DNA of 64,000 bases, from positions 2,582-66,581 of the forward strand of contig JBDSZP010000080.1 of the NCBI GenBank assembly GCA_039925065.1. Direction: 5' to 3'. Source of the stretch: Luteolibacter sp. Lineage in GTDB: Bacteria; Verrucomicrobiota; Verrucomicrobiia; Verrucomicrobiales; Akkermansiaceae. Both the position numbers and the translations under genes were made by a program. Below are positions 27,354 through 36,718 of this stretch, piece after piece; positions within the stretch are counted from its first letter, which is position 1; each line of letters starts with the position of its first letter. The notes under the pieces are model-generated. The model did not search any database, was not told the DNA's origin, and saw only the letters and a list, made by a program, of their open reading frames with translations.

Positions 27354-28316
27354 ATGAAATTCCTTTTCGTTTTCCCGCTTTCGAAATCAGATACGGACGC
27401 GGCCGTCCGCTCGGCTACGCTGGTCAAGAAGTTCGGACCCTACCCTTGTGATTGTTTGGTCTACCCCGAGAAGGGTGTGTCGGCAGCCTCGATCGTGGAG
27501 TTACTCCAGTCTTCTTTCCAGAAGGTTCTCGTGGACACCCCGTTCGACATATCGCCGACCGGCTGGCCCCAAGGCCCCAACCATATGTTCAAGAGAGTGG
27601 CGAAGTATATGGTCGACTCCCCCTACGACTACTTCTACTTCTGGGAGCCGGATTGTCTCCCGGTCAAAGCCGGGTGGCTGCAGAATCTCCGCGACGAGTA
27701 TGAGAAGGTGGCGATCCCGGACGGTAAAGTTTTCATGGGTGTGCTGCACTCGACCCGCATGCGCCGCCCTGACGGCTCGGAGTTCACCGAAGGCATGCAC
27801 ATGACCGGCACGGGGTTCTACCCGCGCGTGGTCCCGAGGTATGCTCCGAGCGCGGTGCTCCCCTCAACCTTTGCGTGGGACGTGGCGGCTCAGATGGAGA
27901 TTGTGCCGAACGCCCACCCGACCACTCAAATCCAGCACGACTGGAGCACCGGGAAGTATGTCTCTCTGAAACAACTCAAGCCCGGCGTGGTGGTGCATCA
28001 TGGTTGTAAGGACGACACGATGTACCGGCTGCTGGCTGGCGAAGTGGACTCCACAAATTTCGATGGCCCGGGTGAACCTGTCGGAAATCACCCTGAAGTT
28101 CTCAAAAAGAAACTCACGGAGGTGGCGGACGCCCCCGATCCTGGAGTGTTCGACGACGTCAACGATCCAGCCCAGCCAGAGGAGATCCCGAGCATGATGG
28201 ACGCTGTGCTCCCGCACGCAGTCAGCCTTTTGCAGGCAATCTGCCGGGACCCAGCCGCCAAGAAAAAGATTCAGAAATCCCTCGTTGAAGCTGGCTTAAT
28301 CAAGCGGGTTCAATAA
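27354..28316 (+). CDS. glycosyltransferase-like (GT-A) protein
   Basis: WPQGPN, YFYFWEPDCLP (DxD-like), HMTGTGFYP, AWDV, VVHHGCKD. Confidence 0.55.
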   Translation: MKFLFVFPLSKSDTDAAVRSATLVKKFGPYPCDCLVYPEKGVSAASIVELLQSSFQKVLVDTPFDISPTGWPQGPNHMFKRVAKYMVDSPYDYFYFWEPDCLPVKAGWLQNLRDEYEKVAIPDGKVFMGVLHSTRMRRPDGSEFTEGMHMTGTGFYPRVVPRYAPSAVLPSTFAWDVAAQMEIVPNAHPTTQIQHDWSTGKYVSLKQLKPGVVVHHGCKDDTMYRLLAGEVDSTNFDGPGEPVGNHPEVLKKKLTEVADAPDPGVFDDVNDPAQPEEIPSMMDAVLPHAVSLLQAICRDPAAKKKIQKSLVEAGLIKRVQ

Positions 28317-28323
28317 AAAAGAT

Positions 28324-28353
28324 TTGACACCCCGCGAAATGGGGTTTAGCGAT
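28324..28353 (+). promoter_or_regulatory. candidate late promoter for the capsid gene
   Basis: TTGACA, 17-nt spacer, TAGCGAT; A-tract upstream. Confidence 0.45.
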
Positions 28354-28356
28354 CTT

Positions 28357-28473
28357 CGTCCAGAAATTCCCTATACAGATTGAGATGGGCTAATTTGGGC
28401 GTCGGGCATACATGCCACTGGTGCCGAGTGGGAAGATAAAGAGCTGCCGTCATAGGACGGAACTTCAGTTCTT
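28357..28473 (+). ncRNA. structured 5' leader of the major capsid gene
   Basis: Stems CGTCCAGA/TTTGGGCG, CCACT/AGTGG, and AAGAGCTG-CCGTC/GACGG-CAGTTCTT. Confidence 0.45.
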
Positions 28474-28500
28474 CAACCTCATTTTGCAGTTCCCCTTTTT

Positions 28501-29727
28501 ATGGCATGTAATAACATCGAGCAATTGCTCGTCTCAGAAGCCGGCCGCATCGGCGGCGAAATCTACCGGAGGACGCTTGACACGTCTATTTGGAACAAGC
28601 TTGTTAAACAAGAGGCATGGCCCGACGAATACGGCGACATAATCTCCGTGCTCACCTACGAGCGCTCCCTCCCAGCCAACCCGGTTGTGTTCAGCGATCT
28701 TCGCCAGAACAACCAGGATCGTGTCGTCGGCACGGCGTTCACGGACGTCAATGCAGACGGTGTCTCTGACAACGTAGTCACCAACGGTGGTTCCTGCGTT
28801 CCAGCAGCTCAGAAGCTGACGATCGCACAGACCCTCCGCCAGTATAACCTCCAGCAAGCGGCTATCGAAAGCCCTGATGTCTGTTTGAATGATCTGCGCT
28901 TCCCGGTCCGCCGGCGCGAGCAACTGCAGAACGTCATCGACATCATGTCCGACGTCACCGCTTGGGTCTGGAAAGAACGGCGTCGTGACGAATACACCCG
29001 TATCGCCAAGAACAAAGTGGTCATCAACCCGGCGCTGAACACCAGTGCCTCGGTGATGCCTGCGTTCGTGGCGACCAGTCGACTCACCCAAGGCGTTCTC
29101 AATCACTTCTACCTGAAGCTGATTCGTGACGGCGGCGGAATGAACCCGATGGACCGCAGCGAAGGCGCCCCCGTCTTCCTGTTGAGTCTGTCGGCCGAAG
29201 CCAGCGCCGGCATCATCAAGGACAACGCAGACATCCGTCAGGATTTCCGCTACTCCACTCGCGTCAACGAGCTCCTTGCTCCGTTGGGCATCAACCGGTC
29301 GTATGGTGGGTTCTTCCACTCGATCGAAGCATTCCCTCCCCGCTACGATTTCGTGGCCGGTGCGTGGGTGCGTCGCCCAGCTTACGTGGCAACCGCCACG
29401 ACCAAGGGTCTCAGCTACGAGGTTAATCCCCTCTATGAAGCTGCCGAGTTCGAGGACACCATCCTCTTCCACATGGATACCTACCACGCGGTAGTGCCGG
29501 GTCCGATTGCCAGCCAAGGCGGCATGGCCTTCAACCCTGTTACCTATCGCGGTGACTTCGCATGGCGCAACATCCCGGATCGCGTCTGTAACCCGGACGG
29601 CAACATCGGCTTCTTCCGCGCGATCTTCGCGGACGGCAGCAAGCCCGTGTACCCCCAGTTCGGCTACGTGTTCCGTCACCAGCGTTGCCCGCAGGACCTC
29701 GGTCTTGTGGCCTGCATCGGTTCCTAA
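28501..29727 (+). CDS. major capsid protein
   Basis: 408 aa, strongest codon bias in the window, follows scaffold, hairpin downstream. Confidence 0.85.
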   Translation: MACNNIEQLLVSEAGRIGGEIYRRTLDTSIWNKLVKQEAWPDEYGDIISVLTYERSLPANPVVFSDLRQNNQDRVVGTAFTDVNADGVSDNVVTNGGSCVPAAQKLTIAQTLRQYNLQQAAIESPDVCLNDLRFPVRRREQLQNVIDIMSDVTAWVWKERRRDEYTRIAKNKVVINPALNTSASVMPAFVATSRLTQGVLNHFYLKLIRDGGGMNPMDRSEGAPVFLLSLSAEASAGIIKDNADIRQDFRYSTRVNELLAPLGINRSYGGFFHSIEAFPPRYDFVAGAWVRRPAYVATATTKGLSYEVNPLYEAAEFEDTILFHMDTYHAVVPGPIASQGGMAFNPVTYRGDFAWRNIPDRVCNPDGNIGFFRAIFADGSKPVYPQFGYVFRHQRCPQDLGLVACIGS

Positions 29728-29749
29728 CCCTTAACCCCCAGATGAGTGA

Positions 29750-29780
29750 GCCCCCGTCGTAGTTGACCTACGGCGGGGGA
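29750..29780 (+). terminator. hairpin after the MCP gene
   Basis: CCCCGTCGTAG-TTGAC-CTACGGCGGGG stem; no U-tract. Confidence 0.5.
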
Positions 29781-29800
29781 ATCACCCACATCAAAATCAA

Positions 29801-30127
29801 ATGGAATATCCAGCCGACCCATCCGCTCCGCCACCCGCCGCACCTGCGGCCCACGAAATGAAACCAGGAGCCAAGACTCCCGACTACGTGGAGTTCAAAA
29901 TCCCCGAAGGTTTTCATGTCCCAGACGGCGTGAAGCCCGGCGAGGAGTTCAACGCAGTTGGCTCTTTTCTCCTGCACGAAGACGGGACCATGTGTCTTCT
30001 CGAAGTTGAAGGCAGCGTGGTGAAGCCGATGGCGATGGAGCCGGACAAAGACGACAAATCCAAGGGGGGTGGACAGATGTCCTTCGTTGATTCAATCGAA
30101 AGCGGCATGTCCTCGACTGCTCAGTGA
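29801..30127 (+). CDS. hypothetical virion-module protein
   Basis: 108 aa, follows MCP. Confidence 0.7.
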   Translation: MEYPADPSAPPPAAPAAHEMKPGAKTPDYVEFKIPEGFHVPDGVKPGEEFNAVGSFLLHEDGTMCLLEVEGSVVKPMAMEPDKDDKSKGGGQMSFVDSIESGMSSTAQ

Positions 30128-30471
30128 CCCCCGGTGTCCTCAATATCGACATCAATCGCGGCGTGTCCTTCGGGCCGCTCGTCTTTATCTGTGAGGATAT
30201 CGACGCTCTCCCGGTCAACCTGACCGGTTGGATTCCCTACGCTTCGGTCCGGCGCAAGCCCGGCGGCCCTCTCGTTCTCGATTTGGCCCCAGCCATAACT
30301 GACGCAGCTTCGGGGCAGGTCACGATTTTTTTCACCGACGAGCAAACTCGTATTATGGCCCCCGGAAGCTTCATGTGGGACTTGCTTTTCCAGCAACCTG
30401 ATGGAGATAGGAAGGGACCGTTTGTGGTGGGCCGGTGCACAATCTCCAGCCTTATTACCGAACCCCTATGA
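30124..30471 (+). CDS. BppU-N/LtfC-like beta-sandwich fibre-attachment protein
   Basis: INRGVSF..PVNLTGW..ASVR..DAASGQVTI..TDEQT...WDL..G pattern. Confidence 0.65.
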   Translation: MTPGVLNIDINRGVSFGPLVFICEDIDALPVNLTGWIPYASVRRKPGGPLVLDLAPAITDAASGQVTIFFTDEQTRIMAPGSFMWDLLFQQPDGDRKGPFVVGRCTISSLITEPL

Positions 30472-30656
30472 CCGACCCCATCATCGTTAACATCAAGGTC
30501 GTGACAACTCCGACCTTCACGAATGTTTTCACGGTCAACGACAAGCTTTACTTCGGGCCGTTTGTTCGGTTCGTGAAACTGGAGCGCGGAGTTCAGCTTG
30601 AAGTTCAAAGCAGCGCGGGCGTCTGGACCGTGCAAAACTCTTGGAGCGAAGTGTAA
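30468..30656 (+). CDS. small hypothetical structural protein
   Basis: ATGA-coupled; abuts the fibre gene. Confidence 0.6.
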   Translation: MTDPIIVNIKVVTTPTFTNVFTVNDKLYFGPFVRFVKLERGVQLEVQSSAGVWTVQNSWSEV

Positions 30657-33600
30657 ATGAGAAAATTTTTCCCCGCGATACTCGCCATCTTTCTGACTCT
30701 CACCGGGGCCTTCGCGGCTGAGAAGGTAAGAACTCCTGTCTCCTATGAGGCCGGGTCTTCTCTCACGATCCAGAGCGGTGTGACGGTCACGGCTGCCGCC
30801 GGGTCGACTTGGGATTTTACTAACGCCACTGTCATCGGATTGGCGGCGGGCGGCGGGGGCGGTGGGGGCATCGCCACAATCACCGGAGACGCCGGGACTT
30901 CTACCGGAATTACTCTTGTTGTCGGTGGCACCAGCACAGATAAGACTCTGACCCTCGGCGGTAATCTTTCTTGGGCGCGGTTGAACAAAGCGGGCAGCCG
31001 ACTCCTCGATATCGCAGATCGCGACATCAACCAGACCACCGGGAATCTTTTTGTTACCCGGCTGAATGGCGGGACGAACGCCGGCCCCTTAAGTTTTTGG
31101 CGTGGCGACGGGACGTGGGCCGACCCATTCCCCACCACTCCGTTTCTCTTGAAGGGTGGAAACGACGGTACCACGATCGCTGCTTCTCCCGGGGTCGATT
31201 ACGTTTTCTCCGACGAACAATCGATGGACGACAACGGCACACTCAGCATCCCGACGGTGTGGTATCCAGCCAAACCCGTCATGCGGGCGAGTGCGCCGCT
31301 CACGGTGAACCGCTACACCACCATGCCGCAGGCCAATCTCTACGCGCCTGGCACGATAATTTACTGGATCGACGAGGTGACGGTCGGAAGTTTTGGCCGC
31401 ATCTTCACTCCGGCCGCCGGCAACACTTTCCGGAATGGGCAGACCACGATTGAGCCGGTGATCGGTGTTGGTGTCGGCGCTTTCGAAACAGATGGCGTCT
31501 CGACATGGAATCCGGTCTTCGATAAACTGCAGATCACCAATCTTTTTGACCCAACCGATTTCACCAAGAAGGTCGTTTTCGATCTCAGTTCTCTCCCCAC
31601 GGCTACCACACGCACCTTCAAGATTGCCCCGAGCGGTAACTCTGTTTCCATCGTCCCTGTCTCCGCTGGCGGTGCAGGTCAGTTCGTGATTGGCGTCAGC
31701 GCGACGGGCACGCTCATCTATGGGACACCTTCCGGTTCTGGCACGGTGACGAGCGTTGGCTTGACGGCCCCGGCTTTTCTCACGGTGTCGGGCAGCCCCG
31801 TCACCACAACCGGGTCTTTGACTTTGGCCCTCGCGTCGCAGGCAGCGAACACGTTCTTCGGGAATGGCACGGGTGTGGCGGCGGCCCCAACTTTCATGAA
31901 TGCCGCGACTGCGCGCACGGCGCTTGGCGGCACTACGCTCGGCAAAAACATTTTCACTGCGGGCAGTCTTGCTGCCGAGAGTTACATTCGCCTAAACGCT
32001 GACGACACAATTTCGGTTCGCACCCCCGCGCAGGTTAAGACGGACCTAAGTCTTGTCGATACTACAGCGTTGGCCGCCTATCAGGTGACCGTCTCCCAGC
32101 TCAATAGTGGGACGGGAGCCTCTTCCTCCACTTATTGGAGGGGCGATGGAACATGGTCTTCGGCTGCGGGCGGCGCGGGTACTGTCACTGACGGCACGAT
32201 TACGTGGCCCGGGACAGTTTACTCTACACCAACAACGGGGGTTGTTACGTCTGGAAACCTCAATTTCACTCCTGTCCTTCAGACTCAGGCCTCGCATACA
32301 TTTTTTGGCAACCCCACGGGGTCGACCGGAACTCCCGGTTTCATGACCGCGTCTCAAGCGGGATCGGCTCTTAATATGGGGGCGGTGGCACAGGGCGGAA
32401 CCGGACAGGTGTCGTGGTCTCCCTACAACTTGGTGGTGACTGGGACGACCTCAACTGGGGTTTTTCAGTCTGTCGCTCCCTCGGCCACAACGGGCTACGT
32501 GCTCACGAGTAACGGTGCCTCGGCACTTCCCACCTTCCAAGCGGCAGCGGGCGGCGGCGGCGGCGGCGTGGTTCCTACGGGAACTGGTTTCACGCACATC
32601 ACGTCGGGAGCTCAAGACTCTGCCGCGAGCGTGGACGGAAGCTCGTTGACCGGCTTGGTGGCCGCGAACATCACTGCTTCCACCACGGTCGGGCGCAATT
32701 CACTTAATGTCCCGAACCCCGGCGCGGTGAGTTTTCTTCGCATTAACGCAGACAACACCGTGACGTCCCGCGCTGCGGCTGGTGTGAGGGCGGACATCAA
32801 CTTGGACAACGTCACCAACGTGGCGCAGACAGCAGCCCAACTCGTCCCTAACTCCACACCTACGGCGGGCCAAATACTCGTGGGCAATGCGGGCAGCACG
32901 GCGTTCGCCAACACGACTCTCAGTGGCAGCGGAGCCACGGCGACTCTTTCCAGCGCGGGCGTGTTAACTCTGAGCGCGATCCCCAATGCGACTCTCTCAA
33001 ACTCGGCGATCACGATTGGTGGGACGAGCACGAGTCTCGGCGGCGCCATCACTCTCGATACCCTGAGCGGAGTCTCCACTAATGGTTTCCTTAAGCGGAC
33101 GGCTGCCAACACTTGGGTTAACGACGCCAACACTTACCTCACCGGCAATCAAACGGTGACAATGACCGGAGACGTTACGGGTAGTGGGACTACCGCGGTC
33201 ACGACTACGTTGGCGAATATGCCCAACGGCGTGTTGCAGGCGGGCAAGGTAATAGCTACCGCGATGGTCGGCCCCGCCACTCCAGCTGCCGGGAAAGGCG
33301 CAGTCTACGTCGACTCGACCAGTAAGAATTTGTCGGTGATCGATGACGCCGGTGTGATTAAACACGGCGCACAAACGAAAGCTGTTGTCGCGAGCAACTA
33401 CCTCACCGGCCTCAATGACGCGGGTGTCTTCACGGCAGCGCAACCGGCGTTCAGTGATCTCAGTGGGAATATTTCAACCTCGCAGATGGCGAGCGGGTCG
33501 GGCGCAAGTTCGAGCACTTACTGGCGCGGAGATGGAACGTGGGCAACTCCGGCTGGCGGCGGCGGCGACATGGTCTTGGCTTCCATCCAGACTGTCACCG

Positions 33601-35660
33601 GCGCGAAGACCTTTAACTCGGGCAAGTTAGTCCTAGCGGGCGCGACGAGCGGGACGACGACTTTGAACACGGCGGCAGTCGCCGGGACAACAACGATCAC
33701 TCTGCCGGGCGGCACGACCGACTTTAGTGCGACCGGCGGATCGAACCAGGTTGTCAAGCAAACGACCGCGGGTGGCGCGTTCACTGTCGGACAGGTGGCG
33801 TATAGCGAAGTCTCCGGTACTCCACAACTACCACTGACGATGATCGCCTCGGGCGGGCAATACCTCACGAGTTACACTTCATCGACGGGTGTATTTACTA
33901 AGGCACAGCCGTCCTTCACCGATATCTCTGGGACGGCGACGGCGGTGCAGTTGCCGAATGCTGGAGTTCATACCGGCGACTCGACCTCGACCTTTCCTGC
34001 GCTCACGATTGGCTCGGGCGCGATCACGCTCGCGAAGATGGCGAACATGGCAACTGGAAGCCTCATCTACCGGACGACAGCGGGAACCGGCGTTCCCGAA
34101 GTCAACACGCTTGCCACGCTGAAAACCGACCTTGGGCTAACTGGAACGAACTCCGGCGATCAAACGATCACCCTGACCGGCGACGTGACCGGCACCGGCA
34201 CCGCCAGCTTTGCATCGACCTTGGCGAACATCCCGACCGGAGTCCCGATGGCGGGAAGCCTGCTCGCGACAAACATTGCGGCACCTAGCTCCCCCGCTGC
34301 CGGGAAAAATTCACTTTTCTCAGATTCGACCGATCTCCGTTTCCACGACAAGAACGCGTCTGGTGTGGTCGGAACGACCGTGGTTGCCGACACTGGCGCC
34401 GCGAATAATTTCCTGACTGCGATCTCTGCCGCGGGCGCGATTACGAAGGCGCAACCCGCGTTCTCAAATCTTTCCGGTTCGGTCGCGGCAAGTCAAATGC
34501 CCGCGTTGACCGGCGACGTGACGACCTCTGCGGGAGCGGTAGCGACTACTCTCGCGAGTGTGGCGACGGCGGGAACAACCGGATCCTCGACCGCGATCCC
34601 AGTTGTTACGATCGACGTGAAAGGCAGAACCACCGGCATCACAACGGCTGCGGTTGTCGCGCCCGCCGGGACACTGAGTGGCGCGACTCTCAACTCTGGC
34701 GTGACCGCGTCTTCTCTGACGAGTTTCGGGACAAACCCAGTTATGGGGGCGCCGTCGTCGACGTCGGAAACAATCACAGGCACAGCGGGGAACGGATACG
34801 TCGACATTACAGCGCAATCCGCTGCGCCAAGCACACCCTCAGCCGGTCTGATGCGGCTCTACGTCGGAACGACCGCGAACAAACAAACTCCGCGTTGGCT
34901 TTCCGCCACTGGGACGGACAGCGCGTTACAGTCCGCACTCTGGGAGAAGGCAATCGTAATGGCTGGCCCGTCGGGCGGTTCGACAGGTCCAGTCTCTACA
35001 GGATCTGGCAAATGGACGACTGGAGGGACCGTGAGTCACCCGGCACCGTCGATAACTAATGTTGCAACGCGCATGATGCGTATGCGGTTCGCGAATGTCA
35101 TCACGACCACGAATCAGCAGCTCGGAATCGTTGGCTCGGGCACAAACGCAGCGCAGTTTCTGCGCGGCAATGCGGCGGGTGTGGGCGGGTTTTTCTTCCA
35201 CTCTCGATTCACGACTCCACTTTGGCTTTCTGGCTCTCGCCTTTTTGTCGGACTCACACCGTCGGCGACTTCGGTTGCAGTCTCAGATACGGTCCCGGCG
35301 AACTCGATCGGGTTATGGCACGACTCCGCGGACGCAAGTAGCGGCTCGGGCGCGTTCAATTTCGTAACGAAAGACGCGACAACGGCGACGAAGTCGGCGA
35401 TCACCCCGACAACAACTATCGCGAACGACACGGCGTGGGAGTTCTGGATGTACTGTAAGCCAAACGACACGGTCGTCTATTACCGACTGGACGACATGAA
35501 CGCGGGGACCACGCTCGTTGATACAAGCACGTCGACCACACTCCCGGTCAACACGACCTTCCTTTCTCCAGAAGCGAATATGTCGAACGGCACCGCCAAC
35601 ATTACGGCGACGACGGTTGGCTTTGGCTTGGTGAGTCTTTACGTTGAATCGGATAAATAA
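30657..35660 (+). CDS. long fibre protein with N-terminal signal peptide
   Basis: G/T/A/S-rich; xWRGDGTW x3, TGDVT and AQPxFSxxSG repeats; C-terminal beta-sandwich head; MRKFFPAILAIFLTLTGAFA signal. Confidence 0.8.
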   Translation: MRKFFPAILAIFLTLTGAFAAEKVRTPVSYEAGSSLTIQSGVTVTAAAGSTWDFTNATVIGLAAGGGGGGGIATITGDAGTSTGITLVVGGTSTDKTLTLGGNLSWARLNKAGSRLLDIADRDINQTTGNLFVTRLNGGTNAGPLSFWRGDGTWADPFPTTPFLLKGGNDGTTIAASPGVDYVFSDEQSMDDNGTLSIPTVWYPAKPVMRASAPLTVNRYTTMPQANLYAPGTIIYWIDEVTVGSFGRIFTPAAGNTFRNGQTTIEPVIGVGVGAFETDGVSTWNPVFDKLQITNLFDPTDFTKKVVFDLSSLPTATTRTFKIAPSGNSVSIVPVSAGGAGQFVIGVSATGTLIYGTPSGSGTVTSVGLTAPAFLTVSGSPVTTTGSLTLALASQAANTFFGNGTGVAAAPTFMNAATARTALGGTTLGKNIFTAGSLAAESYIRLNADDTISVRTPAQVKTDLSLVDTTALAAYQVTVSQLNSGTGASSSTYWRGDGTWSSAAGGAGTVTDGTITWPGTVYSTPTTGVVTSGNLNFTPVLQTQASHTFFGNPTGSTGTPGFMTASQAGSALNMGAVAQGGTGQVSWSPYNLVVTGTTSTGVFQSVAPSATTGYVLTSNGASALPTFQAAAGGGGGGVVPTGTGFTHITSGAQDSAASVDGSSLTGLVAANITASTTVGRNSLNVPNPGAVSFLRINADNTVTSRAAAGVRADINLDNVTNVAQTAAQLVPNSTPTAGQILVGNAGSTAFANTTLSGSGATATLSSAGVLTLSAIPNATLSNSAITIGGTSTSLGGAITLDTLSGVSTNGFLKRTAANTWVNDANTYLTGNQTVTMTGDVTGSGTTAVTTTLANMPNGVLQAGKVIATAMVGPATPAAGKGAVYVDSTSKNLSVIDDAGVIKHGAQTKAVVASNYLTGLNDAGVFTAAQPAFSDLSGNISTSQMASGSGASSSTYWRGDGTWATPAGGGGDMVLASIQTVTGAKTFNSGKLVLAGATSGTTTLNTAAVAGTTTITLPGGTTDFSATGGSNQVVKQTTAGGAFTVGQVAYSEVSGTPQLPLTMIASGGQYLTSYTSSTGVFTKAQPSFTDISGTATAVQLPNAGVHTGDSTSTFPALTIGSGAITLAKMANMATGSLIYRTTAGTGVPEVNTLATLKTDLGLTGTNSGDQTITLTGDVTGTGTASFASTLANIPTGVPMAGSLLATNIAAPSSPAAGKNSLFSDSTDLRFHDKNASGVVGTTVVADTGAANNFLTAISAAGAITKAQPAFSNLSGSVAASQMPALTGDVTTSAGAVATTLASVATAGTTGSSTAIPVVTIDVKGRTTGITTAAVVAPAGTLSGATLNSGVTASSLTSFGTNPVMGAPSSTSETITGTAGNGYVDITAQSAAPSTPSAGLMRLYVGTTANKQTPRWLSATGTDSALQSALWEKAIVMAGPSGGSTGPVSTGSGKWTTGGTVSHPAPSITNVATRMMRMRFANVITTTNQQLGIVGSGTNAAQFLRGNAAGVGGFFFHSRFTTPLWLSGSRLFVGLTPSATSVAVSDTVPANSIGLWHDSADASSGSGAFNFVTKDATTATKSAITPTTTIANDTAWEFWMYCKPNDTVVYYRLDDMNAGTTLVDTSTSTTLPVNTTFLSPEANMSNGTANITATTVGFGLVSLYVESDK

Positions 35661-35661
35661 T

Positions 35662-36393
35662 ATGTCGCGACCCTCTTCTTTCCCGCTGGTTAAATTTGGC
35701 ACCGCCGCCGACGGCACACCCCTGAGTTGGATGGTCAGCCAGCCCGCCGGGGCCGGGCCTTGGCCCGCGCTTCTCGGCATCCATGGTGGCGGTCACCGCA
35801 CCGGCGGCCCCTCGACTCCTCTTAGTGTTTGCGGGGCGGACCTCACCGCTGCGGGCTACATTGTTTTCTCCCCGCAATACCCTCTGACCGTCAACAAACT
35901 GCCGGGTCAAGTTGGCAACGGCCAATACCCTCAGCAGACCGATGCTATTGTGATGGCGTTTCAAGCCATGAAGTCGGACCCACGGTGCAACGGGAGCACG
36001 CAATGTTTCGGCGGTTCGGCCGGCGGCTACATGGCGGCATGGCTGGCTGTTCATGGCTACTGCAGCGCGGCGGCAATGTCTCCCGACACTGATCTCGATG
36101 ACCCGGTGAGTTTGCAAAACCAATCTTTCAACACCGATGTCAATCTCTACGCCCCCGGCATGCTCGGCGCGGCGAGCCCGATCAACTACGTTTCTCGGGT
36201 CACCAAATCGATTTACGTTGGGGCTTACGCGGTGGACAACATGCCCGCGCCACAGCACGACAACTTCGTCGCGTCGCTCAAAGCGGCCGGAGCGCCTTAC
36301 GTGGAGAAGCTGATCCCCGGCCCCGGTCACTCCTTCGACATGTGGCCCCTGGTCAAGACCGAGGTCATTGCATTTCTCAACGCCCACAAGTAG
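35662..36393 (+). CDS. alpha/beta hydrolase (esterase)
   Basis: HGGG oxyanion hole, GGSAG nucleophile elbow, Asp (VDNM) and His (GHSF). Confidence 0.85.
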   Translation: MSRPSSFPLVKFGTAADGTPLSWMVSQPAGAGPWPALLGIHGGGHRTGGPSTPLSVCGADLTAAGYIVFSPQYPLTVNKLPGQVGNGQYPQQTDAIVMAFQAMKSDPRCNGSTQCFGGSAGGYMAAWLAVHGYCSAAAMSPDTDLDDPVSLQNQSFNTDVNLYAPGMLGAASPINYVSRVTKSIYVGAYAVDNMPAPQHDNFVASLKAAGAPYVEKLIPGPGHSFDMWPLVKTEVIAFLNAHK

Positions 36394-36402
36394 TATCCGC
36401 CC

Positions 36403-36717
36403 ATGAAAAAATTCCTCCTCGTCCTCTCCCTAGTCTTCGCTTTGTTCGCTTCTTCGGCGATCGCCGTCCCGGAATATCAGAACTATACCCCCGGTTCCCA
36501 ACCCTTTGCTGTGTCGGCCACAGCTAGTGGTTCGGTGGCCGCCGGGACATTCCAAGTCACGTTCATCCCGAGCACAAGTTTCACCGGCACGATCATGGGC
36601 GTGGCCTTTGTCGCCGCGGACGCGCCGTTCACTCTCCGGGCCAACGCCCCAAATGGCTTGCAGGCAATCCCCTACACCGTGACAGCCGGGACTCTGCGCA
36701 TCGTCGGTTCCCGATGA
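36403..36717 (+). CDS. small secreted beta-sandwich protein
   Basis: MKKFLLVLSLVFALFASSAIA signal peptide. Confidence 0.75.
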   Translation: MKKFLLVLSLVFALFASSAIAVPEYQNYTPGSQPFAVSATASGSVAAGTFQVTFIPSTSFTGTIMGVAFVAADAPFTLRANAPNGLQAIPYTVTAGTLRIVGSR

Positions 36718-36718
36718 G

